From IMG/VR virus record IMGVR_UViG_3300042344_000419: 64,000 nt of DNA. One strand, 5' to 3'. Both the position numbers and the translations under genes were made by a program. The DNA is from an uncultured virus (IMG/VR IMGVR_UViG_3300042344_000419). Lineage: Duplodnaviria > Heunggongvirae > Uroviricota > Caudoviricetes. Below the pieces are notes generated by a model. That model had not been told where the DNA came from. It saw only the letters and a list, made by a program, of their open reading frames with translations, and searched no databases. This document shows, in pieces, positions 47,033-54,228 of this stretch (position 1 is the first letter of the stretch; each line of letters begins with the position of its first letter).

Positions 47033-48385
47033 TTAGTAACCGCAAGCAATCTCACCGATGAGAAGGGGACCGCTCTGGGCTTGTCCTTGTGCAACCTTCT
47101 TGAGATACGAAACCGCATCTCCAATTCGTCGGTGCATAATGGCCTTGGCCTTGATGGCCAACACCCTTGCCTCTGCTGTTAGATGTGAGTAGGTGCTGTC
47201 TGTTCTGCCGTCGGTGACTTGTCCGTCGCATACCCATAGGAGTGGCTCGTTCTGGAAACGCTTGGACTTGATTGCCCAACGTAATGCTGGTCCGTCAACG
47301 CCGTTACCAAAGCCGTGACGTGTGGGTAACTTGTCCACCATCTTGCCGTCCTTGGCTAGTACCCAGAAGTTGGGAACGTTCTTGCTTCCTTCCTTGTGGG
47401 CATAGAGGGCGACAGTAGCTCCAGGTGCTGCGTTAAGTATCTGTAGGATGTCGTCACTCTGAACGCTCATTGAACCCGAGCCGTCGATCAGCACGACACC
47501 GCCTGAGTTACGCTTCGTCCGATCAAAGATCCGACGATACGGGTCAGTCAGCATCCGATGGATACGACGAGGGTTACGACCCGTAGGTGAGGCCAGCTTG
47601 ACCTTGCCTAGGTTGCCGTTGTGTAACCGAGTCAAGGGTGCTTGGCCTTGGCAAAGGTCAGCAAACTTGGCGTCCATATCTGCACTCAAGTGATCATCAC
47701 GTTTCTTGAAGGACGGAATAGTGCCTGTCTCTTCAGCCAAGGCAGCACATTTGTCCAACAACATTGCGATCCTCTCGGTGACGGCAAAGCCACGATTCAG
47801 ATGCTTGTTACGACAGCCCGGTATGGGTTTGTCGGAAGCAAGTTCGGAGCTATGCGTATCGAGAATCTCACCAATCGAGTCAGCAAGATTCTCAATCGAA
47901 TCCCGCATAGTGTAGTCCTTGAGCTCGTCGCAAGCTTTGTTGATGCCCTCCATCCAAAGACCCCAACTGGCAGTACCATAAACGGCAGACGTGCCATAAA
48001 CTAGGCGTTTCATATCCTTAGCTTTCGCACAGGTGTATGCGTTGTTGCCGTCGTTGATATCTAGCAGATGGGTCTCGGGTTCGAAGTTGAGCTTCGACAA
48101 GACACGATTGATACGTGCTTCCTCGGCCGCAATCAGAGAATCAAAGGAAGCTTTGCCTCGTTTGATCCAAGGCTTCAGATCGGGTGGACTCAACCGAACG
48201 TGCATCAACTCGTGTGCTCGTATGTGTCGAGCTGTCTCGTCGTTGTCCAAGGGGACGTGCATTGTATTGGTTGCGATGCTTGTCTTGGGTGCACCACGAA
48301 TGCCAGCACATCGGATGATGTCCCAACGTTCGTTAGCACCACGCTCACCGCCCATCTGGCGGATAAACTCTGGATATACTCTCAT
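47033..48385 (-). CDS. metallopeptidase-like (HExxH) + vWA domain protein
   Basis: AHELMH; MIDAS DGSGS and distal CDG. Confidence 0.75.
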   Translation of the reverse strand: MRVYPEFIRQMGGERGANERWDIIRCAGIRGAPKTSIATNTMHVPLDNDETARHIRAHELMHVRLSPPDLKPWIKRGKASFDSLIAAEEARINRVLSKLNFEPETHLLDINDGNNAYTCAKAKDMKRLVYGTSAVYGTASWGLWMEGINKACDELKDYTMRDSIENLADSIGEILDTHSSELASDKPIPGCRNKHLNRGFAVTERIAMLLDKCAALAEETGTIPSFKKRDDHLSADMDAKFADLCQGQAPLTRLHNGNLGKVKLASPTGRNPRRIHRMLTDPYRRIFDRTKRNSGGVVLIDGSGSMSVQSDDILQILNAAPGATVALYAHKEGSKNVPNFWVLAKDGKMVDKLPTRHGFGNGVDGPALRWAIKSKRFQNEPLLWVCDGQVTDGRTDSTYSHLTAEARVLAIKAKAIMHRRIGDAVSYLKKVAQGQAQSGPLLIGEIACGY

Positions 48386-48420
48386 TGATTCTCCTTTCTG
48401 TGAGGGTTAAAGGTTGCGGG

Positions 48421-49155
48421 TTAGTCGTTGCTCGGGGTGAGGGTGTCGACCTTGATGGCGTCGAGGAACTCACGAGCCGAGCCAGCAAACAACAAGTTCG
48501 CTGCACGTTCTGCACCTACCGACTTGCGGAGGTTGTCGAACGCATAGAAGGAACGAAGGTCAATACGACGATCGCCCAAGTCAGCGGCACGTTCGGCGTA
48601 AGCCCGAAGGTCAGACGACAAGCGGTTCAATGCTGTGACGTGTGGCTTGTTGACTCGAACACGGATAGGGAAGCGAGAACGAATCGCATCGGGCAAGTCG
48701 GTCAACTCCTCAAGGTTCGTCGTCATTACAACGCTGAAGCCTTTCTTGGGTGTCTCGACTTCGCCCGTCTGGGGATTCTCCCACTTGCAGGATTCCGGGG
48801 AGTCGGTCATAGCAAGCAACGTGGCGAACACGTCACCGCCAGCCTTGTCGATCTCGTCGACAATCAAGCGGCCACCTGAACGCCAAGCCTTAACAGCCTG
48901 ACCCTCGTGCCAAGAGAACGTACCTTTCTCGTTTGGCATCCAAGCACCAGTCACGTCAGCGTTGGTCATATCTGGGGTGCAGATAAGACGGAACGTCGGA
49001 CGTTCTTGCGTTGCCATTGTCAGACCAGCGTAGGTCTTGCCAGTTCCAGGAGGTCCGTAAAGAACAAGGCGGTCTACGCCAGCGTTCAATGCGTCCTCGA
49101 TGTCTTTCCAGCAGTCGGCTGTTGTTGATTTCGTTTTGGTTTTTGGTGTAGGCAT
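48421..49155 (-). CDS. MoxR/CbbQ-type AAA+ ATPase
   Basis: Walker A GPPGTGKT, Walker B LIVDEID, sensor TTN, AIRSRF. Confidence 0.85.
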   Translation of the reverse strand: MPTPKTKTKSTTADCWKDIEDALNAGVDRLVLYGPPGTGKTYAGLTMATQERPTFRLICTPDMTNADVTGAWMPNEKGTFSWHEGQAVKAWRSGGRLIVDEIDKAGGDVFATLLAMTDSPESCKWENPQTGEVETPKKGFSVVMTTNLEELTDLPDAIRSRFPIRVRVNKPHVTALNRLSSDLRAYAERAADLGDRRIDLRSFYAFDNLRKSVGAERAANLLFAGSAREFLDAIKVDTLTPSND

Positions 49156-49185
49156 GGTGTGTTTCTCCTTTGTGGGTTGTGGGTT

Positions 49186-49602
49186 TTACTGAGCTTGGTT
49201 GTTCTTGATGTCTTGCTCGGCTTTTCTTTTCCGAGCTTCAAGAATGGATTCTTTGATCTTGTCTCTCATCTCTTGCAATTCCTTGGGCATCTCCGACCCG
49301 AATTCGCTGTTGGCAAAGTCGTGGTCAGGCATGAAGGCTGTTGATGTAGTGCAAAGCATCATCACTACTTGGGAGAACATCTGGTCGTTGCACTTGGCAA
49401 TTAGGCCAAGGGAACACAACGCCGCCTTTGTCCTCTCGCATACTTGGCTTTGCTCACCGCCACTTACCTTGACGGCGATCATCATCAGCATCTTCAACAG
49501 ATCGACGTCTGCCTTCTCTGGGGTAGTGCGAATGCTGATGCACTCGACGCCCGACATAGACGTATCGTTCTGCTCACTCGTACCAATATTGATTCTGCTC
49601 AT
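49186..49602 (-). CDS. hypothetical early protein
   Basis: SD AAGGAG. Confidence 0.6.
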   Translation of the reverse strand: MSRINIGTSEQNDTSMSGVECISIRTTPEKADVDLLKMLMMIAVKVSGGEQSQVCERTKAALCSLGLIAKCNDQMFSQVVMMLCTTSTAFMPDHDFANSEFGSEMPKELQEMRDKIKESILEARKRKAEQDIKNNQAQ

Positions 49603-49683
49603 AGTTGTTTCTCCTTATGGGTTGTCTTGACACGCAGCATCCCCGACTGAACAAGGATCTGTCAAGAATACATTCTTAATTAT

Positions 49684-49941
49684 TCAGACTGCTCGGCCGC
49701 CAGCGAACAGCACGTTCCGCAAGGTGGAACGTTGACCAACACGTCTGGAATACCTACGCAAATCCACGAAAGTTTCAGGTGCCATCAGTTCGATGGTTGC
49801 TCCTGTCTTGTGGGCGTACACCATCGCACCCTTGTATTTGGGTGTTGGGTGGCGGGTTGCACAAGCAAAGCAGTAGACAAGACCTAGGTCTCGTCGTGCT
49901 TTCTCGGTCGGCTTGTCACAACAAGGGCAGACGTCACTCAT
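49684..49941 (-). CDS. small C4 zinc-finger protein (DksA/TraR-finger-like)
   Basis: CPCC..ARR..CFACA. Confidence 0.55.
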   Translation of the reverse strand: MSDVCPCCDKPTEKARRDLGLVYCFACATRHPTPKYKGAMVYAHKTGATIELMAPETFVDLRRYSRRVGQRSTLRNVLFAGGRAV

Positions 49942-50071
49942 ACTGAAACCTTTCGTACTCTGGCCTTGTCGTCCCACTCCCAGCCTTCTGCGACTAGGAA
50001 GTGGAACGCTTTGTTAAGGTTGCTGAACCTTTTGATAACCTTGAATCCCTTGATAACATTATTCCAATAGA

Positions 50072-50275
50072 TCACTTCAAACATATAACCTCCTCATATG
50101 GTTCGAAGATGCGTTGAGTCTCACGAGTAATGCGACTCACGATCTTGTTGAGTTTCTCGTTCTCTTGTTCGAGGAATAGATTCCTCTCCCGGAGAGAATC
50201 AATCTGAAGGAAGGCATCCCGTAGTTGGTACTCAGGGATGACTGGCAATGGTTGAACCAATTTCAGGTGTGCCAT
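50072..50275 (-). CDS. small coiled-coil protein
   Basis: ORF in early operon. Confidence 0.55.
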   Translation of the reverse strand: MAHLKLVQPLPVIPEYQLRDAFLQIDSLRERNLFLEQENEKLNKIVSRITRETQRIFEPYEEVICLK

Positions 50276-50278
50276 ACA

Positions 50279-50518
50279 TCAGCCTTTCAAGGGGACGTAT
50301 GTTCCGTCAGCCGCCATCAGTGCCATCTTGGAAGCGTCGGGGAAGTTCGAGATGATCTTCGCCCAATGCAATACTTCCTCACGGCAATCACCGATGTACT
50401 TGTGGCGGAGGCCAGACACGGCTCGTCCGTTTCGCAATACAATCCAATCGGTCTTGGGTTGTAGGCGGTTCAGTGTTCTGCGTAGGTTTTCGTTGTCTCT
50501 CCATTGTCCTAGTTTCAT
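50279..50518 (-). CDS. hypothetical protein
   Basis: SD AAGGAG. Confidence 0.6.
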   Translation of the reverse strand: MKLGQWRDNENLRRTLNRLQPKTDWIVLRNGRAVSGLRHKYIGDCREEVLHWAKIISNFPDASKMALMAADGTYVPLKG

Positions 50519-50523
50519 ATGTC

Positions 50524-50552
50524 TTGACTCCTTATTGTCCTTCTGTTATAAG
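50524..50552 (+). promoter_or_regulatory. sigma70-like promoter TTGACT-N17-TATAAG (extended -10 TG), leaderless ATG 50559
   Basis: canonical spacing, 6 nt to ATG. Confidence 0.5.
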
Positions 50553-50558
50553 TAGCCA

Positions 50559-51020
50559 ATGCCGAAGGACTTGGGCATTGACTGGAAGTTGATCGAGGCT
50601 GACTACCTAAGAGGTACTCGGCCTGTTGAAATCGCCGCCCTGTACAACATCAAGCAGTCCACTCTGGACGCTAAGATTCGTAGGAAGGGTTGGGCTACAA
50701 AGAGACTTGCATTAAGGGAGTCTCTTCAAGCTCGTCAGACTCAAAACACTATGCAAACGCTCTCAAATAAAGCGTCTGGATATCTTGAAAGGGTTGTAAA
50801 ACAAGTCGACCGAGGGTTGGACGTGTTGGAAGCTCAGCAACCCGCAACGACCAAAGAAGTCGACCAGCATTTCGAAGCACTTGGTAAAATCGATCGTATT
50901 GCCAGACCAGCACTTGGTCTAACCGAACAAGGATCTGGTACGAAAGGCAGTTTAATCAACATTGCTGTGCTTCAACAAGTTGTAGAACCAGAGCCTGTCA
51001 AGAATTGTCAAGACATCTAG
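50559..51020 (+). CDS. terminase small subunit-like HTH protein
   Basis: IDWKLIEADY..G..VEIAALYNI..TL..KIRRKGW followed by helical oligomerisation region. Confidence 0.65.
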   Translation: MPKDLGIDWKLIEADYLRGTRPVEIAALYNIKQSTLDAKIRRKGWATKRLALRESLQARQTQNTMQTLSNKASGYLERVVKQVDRGLDVLEAQQPATTKEVDQHFEALGKIDRIARPALGLTEQGSGTKGSLINIAVLQQVVEPEPVKNCQDI

Positions 51021-51054
51021 TCCTACAGAGATACCAATTGAGTTGGGGACTCGT

Positions 51055-51423
51055 TCATCCCTTTAGGATCTTATCCCAAGTCGTAGTGATTGCCGTAGGT
51101 TTGCGGGTCGTAGGTTCTTTCCTCCGGCTATTGTAGGACTCTCTGATGATGTCTCGTTCGGCTTGCTTCTGGCGTTGAAGATAGTCCTCCCGCTGTCTGG
51201 CGGCTTGTAGCTTGAATCGGCTAGGATATGAGACCTTGGTTGCTCCGACGTTGCGGAGGTGGCGCTTGTAGAAAGCTTTACCACTTTTATACAATTCGGC
51301 CTCGTAACAAGCTCTAGCGGTAGGACTAACTTCAATGCCCGCAGTAAGGATGTTGTTCATCGTGGCGTTGGATTTAGTATCGGGGAAACCAGCAGTAACA
51401 AGAATGGCACGTAGGTTTAACAT
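51055..51423 (-). CDS. hypothetical early protein
   Basis: SD GGAGGT. Confidence 0.6.
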   Translation of the reverse strand: MLNLRAILVTAGFPDTKSNATMNNILTAGIEVSPTARACYEAELYKSGKAFYKRHLRNVGATKVSYPSRFKLQAARQREDYLQRQKQAERDIIRESYNSRRKEPTTRKPTAITTTWDKILKG

Positions 51424-51452
51424 AGATACCTCCAGGATTAAGGTTAAGAGAC

Positions 51453-51491
51453 AAAAAAGAAACCCAGAGGGGATTGAACCCTCTGGGCTTC
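51453..51491 (-). terminator. intrinsic terminator
   Basis: - strand CCCAGAGGG-TTCAATC-CCCTCTGGG then TTTCTTTTTT. Confidence 0.8.
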
Positions 51492-51500
51492 GACAATCAA

Positions 51501-51818
51501 TTAGCTACCGAATACTTCAGTTGCTGAAGCCTTGGCAGTAGCAACCTTGGCTTTCTGTTCCCTCTGGGGAACAAAGGCGAAAGTGCCTTTCACATAGACC
51601 ACTTTGCCATCGATGCCTTCGGTAGGGAAGGGACGACCTTTGGTCGACAACTGATAATCTGACCAGAATCCGAATCCATCGGACTTCTCACCAGACTTAT
51701 AGTTGGAGAGGATATAACTCTCTGGGAAGGCAACGAGAAGAACTCGCTTACCATTTTCATTGATTAGGTTACAAGCTGGGCTAGTCAGACCAGCAATCCA
51801 TTTAGCTAACTGCTTCAT
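51501..51818 (-). CDS. hypothetical protein, first gene of leftward early block
   Basis: SD AAGGAGGT; own terminator. Confidence 0.7.
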   Translation of the reverse strand: MKQLAKWIAGLTSPACNLINENGKRVLLVAFPESYILSNYKSGEKSDGFGFWSDYQLSTKGRPFPTEGIDGKVVYVKGTFAFVPQREQKAKVATAKASATEVFGS

Positions 51819-51829
51819 ACATACCTCCT

Positions 51830-52070
51830 TGGTTTATTGTTATTTGCTCATCAGCAGAACTGCTCTGCCGACGGCAAAACCCCAACGAAAACCCCGCCAA
51901 AAAATCGGCTCGACCCCCACCCCAAAAAAGCCGAAGGCTTTTTTGAACCAAGAGACTATCTATAATCCAGAATCAAAAGGGATACCCTGGTAGGTATATA
52001 CCCCCCCTCTATTAGGTTGGGGAAACGATGCAGCGATATTAAAAATTTTTTTATTTTTTCCCGCTGGGTC
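51830..52070. other. divergent non-coding region, candidate genome end/packaging site
   Basis: A/C/T homopolymer runs, palindromes, lies between TerS-like and HNH genes. Confidence 0.4.
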
Positions 52071-52097
52071 TGGACAAACTTCGCCCCCCGTTACAAT
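52071..52097 (+). promoter_or_regulatory. promoter-like element TGGACA-N15-TACAAT, leaderless ATG at 52104
   Basis: 15-bp spacer; 6 nt to ATG. Confidence 0.6.
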
Positions 52098-52103
52098 AAG
52101 CAC

Positions 52104-52349
52104 ATGCCTTTGGGAAGAGACTACGCCACAGAGTACCGCCGGTACCATAGTTCGCGAAAAGCGAAACAGGAGAGGGCGAATAGAAACTCTGCTCGAAGGA
52201 AAGCAATGGCCGCGGGCAAAGTCCGAAAGGGAGATGGCAAAGACATCGACCACAAGGACGGCAACCCGATGAACAATCGCCCCAGTAATTTGCGGGTGAT
52301 GGGTCGCGGGTTGAATCGTGGACGTAACAACAACTCCTGGAGAAAATAA
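52104..52349 (+). CDS. small HNH endonuclease
   Basis: DIDHKDGNPMNN..SNLRV..NR. Confidence 0.8.
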   Translation: MPLGRDYATEYRRYHSSRKAKQERANRNSARRKAMAAGKVRKGDGKDIDHKDGNPMNNRPSNLRVMGRGLNRGRNNNSWRK

Positions 52350-52350
52350 A

Positions 52351-52608
52351 ATGCCCCTCGGTAAAGCAAATATGAAATGCAATGTGCCACGCAAAAGCAC
52401 ACGGCCGGGAAAGAAGATGATGGTCAAAGCCTGTGCGAACGGCAAAGAGCGCTTGGTTCACTTTGGCGATAGTTCGATGCAAGACTACCGCCAACATAAA
52501 AGCAAAACGCGACGCAGAAGCTATTGCGCAAGATCAGGTGGGATCAAGGGAGGCGATGGGAAGCTGTCTGCCAACTACTGGTCCCGGAAGGTTCTTTGGA
52601 GCTGCTGA
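52351..52608 (+). CDS. small basic phage protein
   Basis: KKMMVK..LVHFGD..RRRSYCAR..SANYWS. Confidence 0.7.
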   Translation: MPLGKANMKCNVPRKSTRPGKKMMVKACANGKERLVHFGDSSMQDYRQHKSKTRRRSYCARSGGIKGGDGKLSANYWSRKVLWSC

Positions 52609-52751
52609 TGAAGTTCTGGGAAAAATCAAGCCCCGCTGGCAAAAGCAAAAAGCTTTCCCCTCGTGATAAGGCTTGGGCGAAAGCTCGGGCTAAGGCGGCA
52701 GGTCGCAGGTACCCCAATTTGGTCGATAACGCGGCTGCCTCACGTAGGTAG
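52608..52751 (+). CDS. small basic protein
   Basis: TGATG coupling; AKARAKAAGRRYPNLVDN. Confidence 0.6.
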   Translation: MKFWEKSSPAGKSKKLSPRDKAWAKARAKAAGRRYPNLVDNAAASRR

Positions 52752-53015
52752 TAGTCTTGACCACTCCCGACCAAGACAAAGAGCGAAAGGCTCAGGAAGA
52801 GGCCATTATGCTCGAATTCTTGGAAGCTAAAGGGGTCTTCTCAAGGGATCCCATGGACTTCAAGGATGCGGATAAAGACCAGATCGATGATCGGTTGGAG
52901 TAATGAAGAGTGCCCTGGTCACAATCTCTATGCCAATTTGGGTTCCTCTGTTGCTGGTGGCATACCTGACGGTCACGGGTTACGAGATTATTTTAAAAAT
53001 CGCTAGGCAAAGGCA

Positions 53016-53042
53016 TTGACAATCCACGAACTAAATTAAATT
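53016..53042 (+). promoter_or_regulatory. promoter-like element TTGACA-N15-TAAATT, leaderless ATG at 53049
   Basis: 15-bp spacer; 6 nt to ATG. Confidence 0.6.
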
Positions 53043-53048
53043 CGACTT

Positions 53049-53297
53049 ATGGCAAACGGAGCTTCCCCTTTAGATCTGGCACAAGGATCGGCTAACTACG
53101 GAACAAGTGGGGCACTATCGGGTGGACCCTGGTCGGCCATCACAGCTACTGCGGCGGCCGTAGTTAGTTTAACGGCTTCCAACTGGACGGGTACTACCAC
53201 AGCCGTTGCCATCCCGGCTGGATCTACGATCTATGGTAACTTCACGGCAATCAGCGTTACCAGCGGTGCGGTTATCGCCTACAAACTGCTCCAGTAA
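53049..53297 (+). CDS. small beta-rich protein, possibly virion decoration
   Basis: ..AIPAGSTIYGNFTAISVTSGAVIAY. Confidence 0.6.
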   Translation: MANGASPLDLAQGSANYGTSGALSGGPWSAITATAAAVVSLTASNWTGTTTAVAIPAGSTIYGNFTAISVTSGAVIAYKLLQ

Positions 53298-53299
53298 GC

Positions 53300-53720
53300 A
53301 GCCACCTTCCACCCATACCCCAAAAGGGATATAAATTCACCTCTACAGAGAGGCATGGGCTACATAGATCTCAAATCTTTTATAGGTAAGTCCTTGGCGG
53401 GTAGTGGGTAACAGCTGTAAGTGGATTATTTTTGACCAAATTTGTCTAATCCACTTGGTATCTAACTTATTATTATATATTTACAGCTAAGTAGGATTAA
53501 AGTGGATTATTTTATAAGAGTTGGTTTGCAGATTTATTTTTGCCAAGGCCATTTTGTTTTTTCTATGGCCGCGATATGTTTTTTCGATCCCCTAATCCAC
53601 TTTCCGTTAAGCCCTTTGCATTAAGCACTTACGCAAATAGGGTATTTTCCTTAGCTGTAAAGGCTTGTGGTTACAACAATACTACAAATCCATCTCCAAC
53701 GCAGCTTCGCTCAAGCGTAG
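53300..53720. other. putative replication origin
   Basis: AT-rich, non-coding, four AAGTGGATTA copies in both orientations, downstream of primase-helicase. Confidence 0.55.
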
Positions 53721-53829
53721 ACACAGCTCGCCGTTCTTATCGAAGTACCATTCGATGAATCCTTCTGCGGTAAGGTACGCAATACTTGGTTCAAGATCCG
53801 GGAGATCTACATCCCCCAGACCAGAATCA

Positions 53830-54009
53830 TCAGTCTCTTCGACCATACTTCGCCGTCTTCCATTTCCCGAATTTGCTTTTTTGCTCAGGCACGGGCGACT
53901 TGATTCTTTTTCCAGTAGAACGAATGAAACATTGGTTGCACTGATCCATTCCGTTGTAGATCGCGGCTAGGCAATGAACGCAAACTGGTTTCTGTTTTTT
54001 CGCGGCCAT
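53830..54009 (-). CDS. small zinc-finger protein
   Basis: CVHC..CNQC. Confidence 0.45.
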   Translation of the reverse strand: MAAKKQKPVCVHCLAAIYNGMDQCNQCFIRSTGKRIKSPVPEQKSKFGKWKTAKYGRRD

Positions 54010-54045
54010 AAGTCGAATGTAATCTGAAAGGGGAAACGTCAACCC

Positions 54046-54228
54046 CTACGAGTTGGCCTTTTTTTCCATATCACGTTTCTGATGTTCTTTCGCTCGCTTC
54101 AAAAGTTCCTTGGTGATATGCAGAGCCATTCCGACCCTCGTCTTTGCCATGTCTAAATTTCCCTTTTCAATGCTGCCGATAGCTCGGCGCAATATTTCCT
54201 CAACCCAACCCAATCTTTTCACGCTCAT
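54046..54228 (-). CDS. hypothetical protein
   Basis: ATGA-coupled to primase stop. Confidence 0.55.
   Translation of the reverse strand: MSVKRLGWVEEILRRAIGSIEKGNLDMAKTRVGMALHITKELLKRAKEHQKRDMEKKANS

Noticed and set aside
51461..51490. tRNA gene suggested by GGTTCAATCC on the - strand
   Set aside because: No D-arm, anticodon arm or acceptor stem; it is a hairpin followed by a U-tract.
51960..52497. Several - strand ORFs over the HNH and basic-protein genes
   Set aside because: The + strand genes have clear motifs, translational coupling and a promoter; the antisense frames do not.
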